Made by a program: the position numbers and the translations under genes
The notes under the pieces: model-generated
Seen by the model: only the letters and a program-made list of their open reading frames with translations
Databases searched by the model: none
What the model was told of the DNA's origin: nothing
In this document: piece after piece, positions 34,601 to 48,100 of the stretch
How the letters are laid out: every line of letters begins with the position of its first letter
Numbering within the stretch: position 1 is the stretch's first letter
Source of the DNA: Vicugna vicugna
Lineage: Eukaryota
Length of the DNA: 64,000 nucleotides
NCBI GenBank assembly: GCA_013265495.1
Contig: MU063710.1
Coordinates: forward strand, 2,694,271 to 2,758,270
Direction: 5' to 3'

Positions 34601-36239
34601 TGTGCTTTGCTGTCACTTAAGGCCACTCTACCTGTAAGGGAGAACCAGTGCTGGAATTCAAAGCTAGGCCCCTTGGGCTCAGACCCGTGGACTTTGTGCT
34701 ATTCAACCGCTTCTCTTATATTTTTTTCTCTACTCTGTTCAACCTAATCTTTGTATACTGTCTATCATTGTCTCTCTTTAAATGCAAAAGTATTTCAGTC
34801 ATAAATTCTTTATAATACCTACTGAGTATGATTAAGCAGGGCCTAGTAATGAAATACTTTTTGATGGAGAGATTTTATGCTTTTACACAGGAAGTGGCAG
34901 TTCACTTACGTTTTAAAACAATGATCAGAGGCCCAAGCAGAGAAGTTCCTTTCCCACTAAGGAACTTTGAAATTTCCCTCCCACTGCCTCAGGCTGCAGG
35001 ACATGTATTTGCCAAAACAGATGATCCTAATCCCATAAGAACTGCAACAGAAATTAAGATAAAGACAGCTAGTATACATGTTAAAAAAGAGAGAGAAAGA
35101 GAGGGAGCAGCTCTGAGCAGCAGCCAACATTTGCAGAGAATATAGAGGGAAGCAAAACCTTCTGTGGAAATTTGACGGTAGAGCACCAAGCTTGAGATTC
35201 TGGGAAGCATGGTAGCATGACTCGACTTACACATACACATCCCAAAGAGCCAGGAAATAAGATTATAGAGAGTATTATAATAATCAATGCTGAAAAGATA
35301 GGCTGATAACAAATACGTAGTATGAATAGAATTTTGCCCAGACACAATAGAAATTTCAGGGGAAAATAAGAAAGATACTGAGTGCTGATAAATAGAAACT
35401 CTCATCCCTAAAAGAACACTGAGATGTGACAACAAGCAAAGGGAGAAATTGTGGTAACCCCCCCACCCCAAATCCCCAAATATCCTCCTATATTGGGAGC
35501 ATGTGGGCTTAGGTAGGGACTACCGCAGTGGATCCCTTCTCAGACTGTTTAAGATCCAGCTTCTTAAGAGCAATACTTGCTAACTTGGATAGAGGCTCTT
35601 TCTTACATGGAGCTGAGGACAGAAGGTATCCCTCATGGGTACCTGCCCATCTGAAGTCATTGAGACTGTGCACCAGCAGCGACATCACATGCCTGTGTGG
35701 GAGAAAGGCCTGGGCTGCCCCCAGTAAAGAGCCGCCAGGTCCTGAGGCTTATCTTCAGTGATGGCTCACCCAGTTTTCAATTTTAAGGATAAAGAAATAT
35801 TCCAGAAAGGAGGCGTTTAAAAGAAACATAGTGCCTACAAAGGGAGATAATATCACACTAAGGCTTCAGACTTAACATCTTCAATGTTTTATAACAGAAG
35901 ACAATTAGAAAACTATTTACCTAAATGTAAAGAAAAAATTAAGGCACTCAAGAATGCTGAATCCAGGCAAATCATTGTTTATGTGATGAAAACAGAAATG
36001 CATTTCTGAATGAGCAAAGAAGCAACAAACACAGCAAGTTTTAAAAATCCAGATGGCCAGTAAACATAGGAAAAATGTCTCTACCTCTCTAAGAAGTGAA
36101 TTACGGATTAAAATGAGGTGCAAGTTTTCAACTCTGTTTTTGAAAACATCATTAAGGTTGATTATACACAGTGGTGATAGGGAAGCGTGTGGGAAAAGAG
36201 GCATTCATAAAAGATGGGCACCCTCATTTATCCATACGC

Positions 36240-37720
36240 AAATTCACCCACCTATCTGGATCTACTCCGTGGCTGCAGTCTTTCTTCCTATCAAAATGGT
36301 AGTACTTCAGTTCCTAGTGTAGGTAACTTCAGCTGTGCTCGGAATTCCGTCCCCTTTCACCTTCTCATAGCCTTCCTTCATATAATTTTCCATCCTTCTG
36401 TGTCCTCAGGTTTTTCCTCCCCACTGGATTATTCCCACCTCTTATAGACATGCTGTAATAGTTACCCATCTCAGAAACCCTCTTTTGATTTCACATTCCC
36501 TAGAGCACTTCATTTTTTGTTAAAAATTTTGGAGTAAGTTATTTGCATGTATAGCCTTTACTCATCACTTTACATTCTCTTCTCCTTTGAAGTACCACTT
36601 GTCAGTGGCTTCCATGATGTCGAATCTATTAGTATACATCTGGCCTTATCTTGCCCAGTAGCTCGCCAGTATTCGATCACTGTTAATTATTCTCCATCTT
36701 GAAGCATCTTTTGCTTTGCACATGACACTGTGGTCTCCTGATTTTCCTCCCAGCTCACTGGACACCCTGTATCTCTTATATTAGCAACTCTTACTTTGCT
36801 CAACTTCCAAATGTTGGGGTACTCCAGTACTCAGTGGTAGGATCCATTCACTTTTTTATTGACATCCCCTCTTTAGGTGGATGCCTAAATGGGGATGAAT
36901 TGCACAAGCATAATTTTGAGCAAAAGAAGCGAGATGAAGAGAACACAAACTGTATGCTTTTGTTTTTGTTTTTGTTTTGTTTTGTTCTGTTTTGTCTGTA
37001 TAAACAGAGTGAATTAAGCTGTGCTGTTAGAAATCAGGAAAGTAGTTATCCTTGATGGGAAGCAGGGACTGGAAGAGGACATAATGGGAGTTTGGGGGGA
37101 TGCTGGTAATGTTTTCTTTCCTCATCTCAGGGATGTGTTCTGTGTGTGAATAATTCACTGAGCTATATACTTTTAATGTAAGCACATCATAATTAAATTA
37201 AAACTTAAAATCACCCAGTGACTTACCACCCGGTTCAGAGTAAAATTCAACTTCTTACCCTCGCATCCCAGACTGCGCAACTCTCTTCCTCCCCCATGTC
37301 ACTCTCTCACTCACCCCACTCTGCTGTAGCCACAGGCTATTTTTTGATCCTTGAGCCCTGGACTTATTCTCAATAGAAGGTCCTTGAAATATAAGGTCCT
37401 TCCAGATGTATGTCCTCCCCAGCTCAATTTCTTACACCTGTCTCCTTGACACTATGTAACTGTCACATTAACAATCCCCTTTGCAGAGCAGCTTTCCCAG
37501 AGCCCCAAATCCAGAGTTGTCCCTCAGCTGCCCACTCTTGTGTCACCCTGTGTTTTTTTCTTCACAGCACTTAACACGCTGCTGTTTTGTTTTATATTTT
37601 ATTTGTTCATGGTCTGTTTCTGCCAACTGAATGTAAGCTGTGTAAGGGTGAGAAACTTATTATCTTATTCACAGCCATAACTCTAGCACCTAGAAAAGTA
37701 CCTGGCAAATATTTTTTCAA
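36240..37720 (+). mobile_element. L2 LINE (RT to 3' end), interrupted by an old L1 3' fragment at about 36890-37200
   Basis: catgacactgtggtctcctgattttcctcccagctcactgg...ccaaatgttggggtactccagtactcagt is L2 RT-like. ctgccaactgaatgtaagctgtgtaaggg...ctagcacctagaaaagtacctggc is the L2 tail. Confidence 0.7.
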
Positions 37721-37769
37721 TTACTGGATGATCGTTCCCAGTGGGGTATCTAACAAAATGTTTATGCAT

Positions 37770-38210
37770 ACCCACTGAGACAGCATGTCTACTTCTGGGA
37801 ATTTATAAGAAAATAATCTGCAGAACTCTGCAAAGATATATGTATAATGATGTTGATTACAGCATTATTTATAAAAAGGAAAAATACCAACATATTCAAT
37901 GTAGAGTAATATGGAATTGTCTCAGTATATAATAGAATTGGTATACAATGGAGTATTACACAGTCTTTAAAAGAAATAGATAGCCATGGTGCATATTTAA
38001 TTGAAAAACCAAATTGTAATTCAGCAAGTACTATATGATTTCTACTTTGTGTGTGCGTATGTATTAGACTTCATTACATTTATTTCCAGTGGTCGATCTA
38101 GAAAGCTGTATTCCAAAAGTTAGCAGTACTGGGGCTGTGGGTTTTCACTCTCTTCTTCATTTCTTTGTTTATTTTATTTTGATTATGAGCATTTACTATT
38201 TCATAACATA
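37770..38210 (+). mobile_element. Old L1 (L1ME-like) 3' fragment
   Basis: ctacttctgggaatttataagaaaataat...gaattggtatacaatggagtattacacagtctttaaaaga. Confidence 0.6.
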
Positions 38211-38699
38211 AGAGTGTAAAACAGTTTATACATGATAAAATAAAAGATAAAAATTAAGAAGACCCTTGAAACAAGAAGTGAGTATTCCAGAGTAAATATC
38301 ATGAGACTGAAAAATGTAGGACAGCCAGGGGGAAAAATCTAGAAAAATCCAGATCAACTCAAATCCCAAATATCCCCAGTTCCCACTGTAAATTCTTTTT
38401 CCTATAGTTTATTTGCTTTGCTTATTTAAGATAAGTATAGTTCTCACTCTAGAATGTGAACTCAGTTGCTGTCATGAGATGAGGGTTTGTAACCTTCACA
38501 GTTTGAAGTCATTATACTCTTTATGGGAATTAGTCTATCTTTATACAAGGATAAGGTTTATCCTACATAACAATTTGAATCAATCTTGAAACAAAGAATA
38601 GGAAAAACCCTATGGCATCTCTTAGACTATATACTTCTAAATATAAAATGATTTTTCTGTAGTGATGCCACACATACACTTAAGAAATCAAGAAGCATT

Positions 38700-38885
38700 T
38701 GATTCTTCTTTCAGTTAGAGATACCTGGAGCCAATACAAACTTGAGTGTGAATTCTGTTTCTGGTAAGACCTTGGGAAGGTCACTGAGTCAGCCTGATTC
38801 CTCCAGTTCTCTGTCCTTTTTCACTGCCTAGAGGTACTGTGAAGAGTTTGTGTGAAGATGTACATGATCATCTAGCAGAGGGGTA
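38700..38885 (+). mobile_element. MIR fragment
   Basis: cctggagccaatacaaacttgagtgtgaattctgtttctggtaagaccttgggaaggtcactgag...gtgaagatgtacatg. Confidence 0.55.
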
Positions 38886-38912
38886 TCAAATAGTCTATCC
38901 TCCTAAATACTT

Positions 38913-38927
38913 GTTGCCCATGGCAAC
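38913..38927. promoter_or_regulatory. RFX X-box motif, perfect palindromic arms
   Basis: GTTGCC-CAT-GGCAAC matches GTNRCC-N(0-3)-RGYAAC. Confidence 0.5.
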
Positions 38928-39399
38928 ATTTTGTGATTCCCTTACGGGTACCATCTTCGATTACTTTTACTGCCTCAAACACGTCTGAGGGGAATAGCCT
39001 CATATTTTCTCTGTATTATTTGTGTTTGCTTGCTTCTTAACTATGTTTTGTAAATGTAGCTTGAATCCTCTGATTACAAAAGGAATAAATACACAAGGCA
39101 GAACATGTGAAAAACACAAAAATGAGAAACCTTTATCTTTGAGTTCATTAAGAAGTATGAGATCAGTGACTAAAAACTAGAAGCAAGTATCTTGATGATG
39201 ATTAACTAAAACATCAGGATTTTTTTAAGTCCTTACATGTCTTACTCCTTTAAGACTTCCCTGTGGAGTGTTGGTAATTTTTATAGTAACATCATGTTGA
39301 TTAATATTCTAATAAGACAGATTTCTTCCAGGTGTCTGTTTTGTGTGTTTATATTATTACATCCTTTTAATTTTTATCTCCTATTTGTACTAAGTACAT

Positions 39400-39885
39400 T
39401 TATAATTACCTAAAGGTTGATGAGCACACTCTAAATTACTTAATTCAGGTCATCTAATAGTAGTTGACAAGATGGTCCCCAGGACCAGTTCCTGGGAGCT
39501 ACATCAAAATACTAGTGCAACCTGAAATTAAAATTTCAGTTATCCTTTAATTGGACATTCAAGCATGCTGTGCATCCACTCATCTAAACATAATGTGGTT
39601 AAAGTCGTATTTCCCCAAGTTTGTCAATGAAAATGTGACAAAGAGCAGATTCCAAGACCCCCTGAAAATAAGATGGATTGTCACTATCATCTTTCCTTGT
39701 CTCTACGACCTGTAATGCTATCACAGAACAAGATTAAATGGGTCTGGCATGATTTGCTATTCAGAAAACCATGTTGCTGTTTCATAGAACCCATACTTTT
39801 CCAGGTGATTAGAATTTGATTGATTACATCTTCTGGTATCTTCCCAGGTAACCTAGTAACCAACTCCGAATCTTTCATCTCTTTG
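39400..39885 (-). mobile_element. CR1/L3 LINE reverse-transcriptase fossil
   Basis: Minus-strand QQHGFLNSKSCQTHLILFCDSIT resembles CR1 QHGFxKxKSCxTNLIxFxDxVT. DKLGKYD resembles KLxKYG, and a degenerate GVPQGSVLGP...DDL-like segment lies near 39430-39500. Confidence 0.7.
39848..39860. promoter_or_regulatory. RFX X-box motif, 13-bp variant
   Basis: GTAACC-T-AGTAAC matches GTNRCC-N-RGYAAC. Confidence 0.4.
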
Positions 39886-42699
39886 AAAATACATTAATAC
39901 TTTTTCTTTTCCAAATTATTTTTATTTTCAATTTAAAAAGTCCTTAAAATATTGCAAAGACTTCTGTTTCCTGATTTTCCTATTGCGATTTTTATAGACA
40001 GCTCTTTTTGCTTTACTATTAAATGTCTGCATGGTCTCCTCAGGTGCCCATCCTTTAACCGTGGCTATTTCACTCTGATCAACAGTTTACAACTAAATAC
40101 TGTCTCTTAAAAGGCAGTGGTGAATAAGTCATTTAACTCCAGCTTGTTTGTTGCTCACTGTATAAACCTCTTCATTCAATAATTCACTATAATTAAACAA
40201 ATATTGATGGAGCACATACTATTTTTCCTTCTCCATCTTTCAGTATAGCAGTTTATTTTCTAACCCTCTTCCCTAATTGATTTGAAGATTAATTCCCATA
40301 TTTATGGTTCTTTGCTGATAATAATTCCTGTTTCATCTTGTAATGTGTCTCTAAGAATCTGTGCCGTATTTTCTTTAGCATTTGTCTTTGTTAATCAGTA
40401 TTAATTTAAATTTAAAGCACTTTTCCTTTGTCTTTAATGCCATATAGATTTCTGAGTTTAACCAATTTTGTCTTTTGCTATTTTCATTGCACTTCCAGTA
40501 CATAACCAGGTTACAATTCTTACGTGATTTCTTGCCAGTAACCTAACCTAACTAATATGTGCATTCCTAAAGGCCTTTGCCTTAACTTTTATTGCTTCAT
40601 TTTAGAGCATCTGCTGTGCTAGATGGAGGAATAAGACAGATGAGAGATGCATGGTGTTCACACATAAGGGACTGGCTAGTAGACCTTTTTAAAAAATCTT
40701 CCTTTACCTTTGAATTTATTTCATTATCACATGATTCAAGATTTGCATCTACAATCATTTACTCAACTACTTCGTAACAATAAAAATCAAAACAAGATAA
40801 ATCCAGTTACCTCTACACTAAAAATATGTTTCCGAAGTGATAATGTCTCTGAATTACTTTTCCAGGAGAGATCTAGGTAAAATCCCCCAGAGACATGTGA
40901 TTTGAATCAGAGATGTCCACTAAACTAAGGCATACTATAACCTCCTGCAGATGTCCACCATGGCAACTCTTGAGTATTTCTAAAGAAACAAGTCAGCAGT
41001 ATTGATGATCTACAATTTATAGATCATCTAAAATACCACTTTTGTTGGTTATATATTTGAACATCTCTGCATATTATCTAGGAATTTATTTAAACAAAGT
41101 AAATAACTTTGTGAAGACCTGACTAAGCTCTGTTTCCTCGCTGTAACCCCCTACTTGCCTCATCTCCAATGTAACACATGCTAAGATTTGGTATTTAAAA
41201 TTCTCCATTTAAAGAGTTTCTCCACAGAAGTAAAATGAATGGTTAAACAGAAGGTAAATGCTATCATGAAGCCTTATGAAAGCATTTAATAAAATACCAG
41301 AAATAGATTTTCAGATTCTCTCCCTCTGTCCAATCTCAAAATAAGTGGTCAAGCAGAGTATTTAGGCTTCTTAGTAAATTTAAAGTAGAACGTATACATT
41401 ATATTATTCAGGAAAAAAAAACTTGGCAGTGTATTTACTTTTGTTTACTATGTTCTATTTGTATTTCATTGAGGGGAGAACATTATATTTTTAAGTTAAT
41501 GACCTAAATAAACAATTATTAAATTCATCCACTTACATAGCAATGTCCATTTAGCAATAAAAAATTACAGTCTCAGGATTTATCCAGTTGGAGATTAAAA
41601 AGAAATGAGTAAAACATATTAGATATCATAACACTGGATTATAAAAGTATAGGTTAAAAAGGTAGCCATGTCACTCAAATTGAAGTAAGCCTGATTACAT
41701 AGCTAAAATATTTCCATGTTTTAATGGACTGGAAAACATGTTAAATAAACATGTAACTGTTTTAGATTTTAGGACATATAATTTTCTAAACGTTGGCAAA
41801 GTATAAGATTTTTCTTCAGCATAAAAATCAAGAATATGCAAAAATATGTCTATATACTAGAATAGGCCATTTTTATATTACTTGCTTATAGGTTTAATAA
41901 AAGAAATGTTTTATTTTTGTTACTTGTTGATTTTTGCTTTTAATTTTTTGGTGGCAGTGCTATTAAGTTTTCTGCATTTTTCCAGTTTATGTAAAAAGCG
42001 GAGTAAACTCATATTGAGAGAAATATTCTATTTTTATAAAACTTCCTGTACACATGTATCACATATTTTCTTAAAGAGACTTCAAATTAACAAACTTTGT
42101 GCTGTGAGAAAGTGTGGAGTCCACTTCAGCATAACATCGTTTTTCCTTAAGCATTAGATTCACTGTCTCTACCAGTAGTGGAAAAGTTATGGCTGAGGCC
42201 AGATTTCAAAGCTCACCAAGAATGTGCTACTTCAGAAAACTAAAACTAAAAAAGAAAAAAAATTGCAAATCTTTTGTGGAGTAAGTAGAGGACGTAAAAT
42301 TGTTTATTCTAATATATTCAACAATCACGTTTGAGGAAACTAGAACTCTGTTGGCAGTGAAAATTCAAAGATAAGACAATGTCTCTATCTTGGAGGAGAT
42401 TTCCTAGCACCATTAGCAATGGGGTTTTTTCAAATATATTATAAAATCTCTATGGCAAGTAATTTTAATACAGTATTACATGGAAATTCAATAATGGCTA
42501 AATTTATTTGATATAGTAACCTTAAATCTCCATAAAATGGCATTTATCTATCAGAAACTTCCATTTGTTGTCTCCTTATGAATGATGCCATCATTAGTTC
42601 AGTCAATAAATAATTTAAGAAATTAGTTAAAGAAACTAAAAGAATCTTAAGACTCCTTATAACTCATCCCAGACTTCACAGCGAAGTAAAGACCTGTAC

Positions 42700-43560
42700 T
42701 GGGTGATCGTGGTAGAAGAGGAACACACTTCAGAGAAAGATATGCAAACCAAAATATGAAGAAACCATATTTAGATCAAAATATGGGGAAACATGGGATT
42801 AACAGAGAGCTTTAAATAATTACTAGGCAGAAGGAGATGCAGATGGCATCCTAGAGAGAGGGACAAGGGAAGGTGGACCGAAGACCTTGGAGGTTAGATG
42901 AGGCAAACTGGGAAGAATCTTCTATGCTGGGTCTAATAAATAGTTCTGCATCTTATCCCCCAGGCAGTCGAAAGCCACTGAAACAATTTCAGCCTGGCCT
43001 GGCCACGGCATGACCAAATTTATGTTTTAGAAAAATCACCCTTGAAATAATATATAGATGTGCCTGTAAGATTTAGACTGGAGTCAAGGAAGTCTACTTA
43101 GAAAGTCATAAAATGACAGACTATGCAGACACAATGGCAAAGTGAGGAAAGTGAAGGGTACAAATTGGGAAATTTTTAAGAGATAACAACAAAAAGGCTT
43201 AGTGACTTGGAGGTGAGAAGTTAAGATAGTAAAATGAATCTGAAGCTCATTTGTATGACTTCTTTCTGTATAAGGCATTGTTCCAGTCACCAGAGGCATA
43301 AAAATGTCTTTGGTTTTGGATGGTTGTGTAAATCCTGGGGCAGGTTACTTGGATGGCTCATATAGATGATCAAGGAGCAGGTTTCAGATAGAAGAGAATG
43401 TATCCCTGTCTGCCTGTGTTGAGTTTGAGAAACTGACGATGGAGAGTAAGCAGGTGTCAATACCAAATTAGAATACAGGTGAAATATTGAAGGTAGAGAA
43501 TAATCTGGGAGCCTTGAATTACATGTTTGATTCTGCCTTTGAATTTTTTTATCAGAATTT
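42700..43560 (-). mobile_element. L2 LINE fragment
   Basis: aaagccactgaaacaatttcagc...catgaccaaatttatgttttagaaaaatcaccctt and gataacaacaaaaaggcttagtgacttggagg resemble antisense L2. Confidence 0.65.
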
Positions 43561-43839
43561 ATAAATGTCATATATTTATGGTAAACATTTTAACACCATG
43601 AATCAAGTCTTAAGTGTTATACATGTGTTATCACAGTCCAAAATTGTGTTATATAGGAATTATTATACTCATTATGCAAATAATTGTACCAAGCTCATGA
43701 TCATTCTGGGCTATGAATACAAATTTTATACAGATCCTTTTCATTGAATACTATACCAAATTCTTGTTTAATCATCTATTTCCTTCCCTAAAACATTTAA
43801 ATTCTTAGTGCTCACAGTTTTAATGTGTTCGTTGTTGTC

Positions 43840-43958
43840 CCAGTTTTTCTTTCCCTTTCTCTTTCCTCCCGGCTCTCTTCCTCTTTTCGTCCCTCCTGGG
43901 CTCCCTCCCTCCTTCCTTTCCTCCCTTCCTCTTTTCTTTCTTCCTTTTTTCCCCCCAG
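43840..43958. repeat. Polypyrimidine/polypurine low-complexity tract
   Basis: About 115 bp of almost pure C/T on the + strand. Confidence 0.85.
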
Positions 43959-44569
43959 GATAGACATTTAATAGGTCTTCACTATCCAAATTGTACAATG
44001 ACAATAAAAAGTTAGTTTTCTTTTCGGTGTCACAAAGTATCCTGATTCGTGTTTTATTTGTCTTCACGTATCTTTTTTGAAGCTTGTGCTAAGATTTGGG
44101 TGTCATCTTAGTAGCTCTCCCCCTTTCAAAGAATGATACCTAGGAACTCTGGCACACTGAGCAACGTGAAGCAGCTACTGTTCTAAAACAAACAACAAGA
44201 AAACAACCTAAATTATTAGGTGAGAGTCAAAAGTCTAGGATTTTCTCTTGGAAAAATGTCAGACAAAAAGACAGTAACCAGGAATGAGAAGAATCATGTG
44301 TTGGAGAAGAAGTTGTAAGCTGCAAATTGCTTTCCTTTTAAATGTCTTTACCTTTCAAAAATGGTAGTTATAACAAGTTATATTCAGTATTTTAATATTT
44401 TTTCCAGTTTTATAAAAGAAAAAGAAAATTTGTTCATATTTTTATTTTGGGATAGACCAAGTCTATAGCTAAATAACACGATTTTCTGGGGGAGAGGGGA
44501 ATTCCTCTTCTGTAACATAACAGGATGCACCAGATCAGTGGACACAAGGCTCATAAAATAATTCTTTTC

Positions 44570-45110
44570 ATTTTTAATAATAGGTTTATGGAGATAGGAT
44601 TCACATAACCTAAAAAATCACCCCCTTAAACTATATGCAGTGGGTTTTTGTATATTCATAGAGCTGTGTAAGCACTACCACTATCTAATTTTAGAACATT
44701 TTCATCACCCGCAGCCACCCCTGCAAAATACCCTGTACTCATGTTCCCCATCCCCCCAGCCCAGCCCCTGGCAACCTCCAATCTACTTTCTGACTGTAGA
44801 TTTCCCTATTCTGGACATTTCATTTAAATGGATTCATATATGATCTTTTGCAACTAGCTTATTTGACTCTGCATAATGTTTTCAAGGATCATCTGCATCA
44901 TATATCTCCACTTCACTCTTTTTTTTTAATGCTGAATTATATTTCATTGTGTGGGTAGGTCACATTTTGTTTATCCAGCCATCACTTCATGGACATTTGG
45001 GCTGTTTCCACTTTTCAGCTCTTCTAAATAACGCTTCTGTCAACATTTCTGTTTTTGTGTAGATGTATGTTTTCATTTCAGTGGGATATATAGCTCAGAG
45101 TGGAAATTGA
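44570..45110 (-). mobile_element. L1MB-type 3' end
   Basis: gggtttttgtatattcatagagctgtg...cccctggcaacctccaatctactttctgactgtagatttccctattctggacatttcat. Confidence 0.8.
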
Positions 45111-48100
45111 CAAAACAATTATTTACAACACTCTGTAGAGTTTACAGTTTTTGATGTTCAGCTAGAGCATACCATTTTCTGTCCCCCCTGTTCTTTACCA
45201 TTTCACTTTTCAGATGCTAGTTAGGTCTCTCTAAACTGATAGAACTTTAAATGAGTTACAGCCCACAATTTGACACACCCTGGGCTGAATGATTTATAAG
45301 GGGTTTTCCAGCTTTAACATGGTAGCATTTTATGTGACACTGTTGTTCTAGGTGCTCCATAAACAGTTTTCATTTAGTATTTATGACAAGCCTCAGAAGC
45401 AGGTGTCATTAGCCTCATTTTACATAGGTGTAAACTGAGAATCAAATAAATAAAGTAACTTTGCCTCTAAGGCCCATGCTCTTGTGGGCTTCATTGAAAT
45501 AAAGTCCAGCTACATTTAACTGATCCCTTCAGTCTTGTCGTCTTCCCAGGTCAGTCATTGCAGTGTCCTTGGCTCCTTACTTTCACTACCTGGCCGAATG
45601 AGAAGTGTCTTTTTAGCCTGCTTGCTTATTTATTTATTTAGTATAAAGTTGACATTTTTCTTTTTTCTGATTTTACTGTTAATATATGCGTATTACAGAA
45701 AATACGGAAACTAGTGAAAGCAAAAACAAAAACAATCTTTCTGAACACCTGCAATCCCAACATGAAACAATAACATTTTCAGCTTCATGGTATACATACT
45801 TTCAGTCTCTCCTTTAACAAAATTGGACTCATCCTGCACATAGTGTTCTACACATTGGAAAAATATTCATAATGCGTAATTGAGTATATTTGCTTCTTAC
45901 TTACCCTGAGTCTATCCTTCATCAATAGTGAACTTCCCTTGACTACTGACTTTACAGCCTCTTATGTCTGAGTCTCTTTTTTCCTTCCCCAAATTAGAAT
46001 GAAATTACATATTCCAACTTTAAGTCTCTGACAGTTTCCTCTCAGGAAAACCCCCAAGATTCACTAATCTTCTCACTTTGAGCTAATGTATTACTTCTTC
46101 CACAATCTATTCTGATTATTTCCAATTTTTGGCCCACTTTCCAGGCTTCTCTTTTTTCTTTTTTCCAGAGAGTAACTGTAAAAATCATTTTTAACAAGGA
46201 CAGCTTAATGTCTCTGCCCATTTTGCAATATTTTTTTTTTACCAATACTAGTTGCTAACTTTCTAGATAATTTGCAAACCCCAGTTCATAACTTTGAAAC
46301 CATATTTGATGACCATCTCAGAGACAAATGGATTAAAAGTTTAATTATTGGGGCAGGGGGAAGTAGAATCAAAAGATAGCTTTTAGTAATTCTTAAAAGC
46401 TAAGAAAGTCCTTGCATGCATTTTAGATTATAAATTCTCGAGAACAGGAATTACTTTTAATTCAGCCATGTTCCTGGGACACAGGTGGTGTTCGTAGACC
46501 TGTGCTTGATGATCATAAGTGAGCGGACCTCATCTCATCCCTTCTCCCTCCACCTAGATAAAGGCATTAGCTAGACGGCGGTAATACTGAAATTTCAAAC
46601 ACTTGTAGTGAGTAGTGTGACCATATGTGCCCAAGGAGGCAATTTCTTTTTTCTATTTATTTAATAAGCATTCTTAGTTTTTGTGGTAAACTGATCTCTA
46701 TAGAAGGCGCTTATAAATTGGTGATAGGAGGAATTCGAGATAATTAGAAGTCCGTGTCCTTCCCTCACTGAACTTACAGCCTCATTGTGTAGGCAGGAAA
46801 TTTTCATGTTAGCCATTGGAGAACACTCCCAAAGAATAGGAAGTGAAAGATAAGATTGGTTTTATTCATATGAAAAAATATTCAGTGATTGTCATACTTA
46901 CATGATTTGAAGACATAGGTCATGGGAATATTCAGTGTAAAATGGATTCATCTCAAGATGACTCATCTAAATGGGAAAGGCAGAAATCGGTAATAATCGT
47001 AGAAAGGACTGTTTCCCTGGGATAGAGGATGTAAAAAACAATACATAAAAATCAAGAAATAGCATCAGGTGCCTTGCTCTGATGATATGGCTTTAAAGGA
47101 GGGATTCTGGCATGGTATTTTAAGTTTGGGAATATGAATAAATAGCATATTAAAATTAATATTTTAATTTAAAATAATGTTTTCACAAAGACATCTTAAA
47201 GATTTTAATGTGTTATTTTATATACTGGTAGACAATGTTTTTCTAAAGAAACAAATATAACTCTAAAACTAAAGGATGTTATAAAATATTTAAAAATAAG
47301 TTGAGAAGCCTAAATTGTATTTTAAATTATTACATAACTTGAAGTACAAGCACTTTTGAGAACATTAAGCATTACTTTAGTATTTGTTGGCACTGCTTTG
47401 ACTACATGCCTTTGACTTGTATCACTTGTGTGTTTTTTCTCTTTTTGACTCTTTAATCTTTGAAGGCAGGGCTTCCATAACCTGTTTTTTCTGTCTACTT
47501 ATATATTCTCATTAAATGTTGATTGAATTGAAATTCCTCTTAGATACTATTTTTATCCCTGAATGTTTATTTTTATCATTTTAGAATTATTTACATTTCT
47601 TACTAAGCATAAGACCGAGTATATTCTGATTTTTGGTTTTTCACAATGACCAAAGAAAATACAATTTTAATCGCAAAATATTACCTATATTAATCTATTC
47701 ATTTCTGTCCACTCCTTTCTCCGAGTACGGAGCCCTTAACTGTTTGAATCACCATAATTAATGTGCCCATAAATGAAATAATAAATGCTCCTCTACTATT
47801 ATATAGGTGACATTAGACCTTTCCACAGGTTACAGGGACTGATTTGGGATAATGGAACAAATCCGTGGGGAGAGCCATCTCAGTATGTGGACTATGTGAA
47901 TGGATTAGCTTATGGATTGAAGCCTGTGATTTTCAGGCTGATGTCCAGACACCAGATGGCTTTAAAATCCTCTCATCCAGAACACTAGCAGTCTACTTTA
48001 GTCACATTGCTCTTGCTAATATTTGTAGAGCATCTATGTGGTCCCCAGTGCATGCACTTATTATTCTATTAGGCAGACATTATTCCCTTTGAAGCTGGAT

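Noticed and set aside
46698-46720. CTCF-like TCTATAGAAGGCGC and similar weak matches near 19650, 46570 and 48635
   Set aside because: Each has two or more mismatches at high-information core positions.
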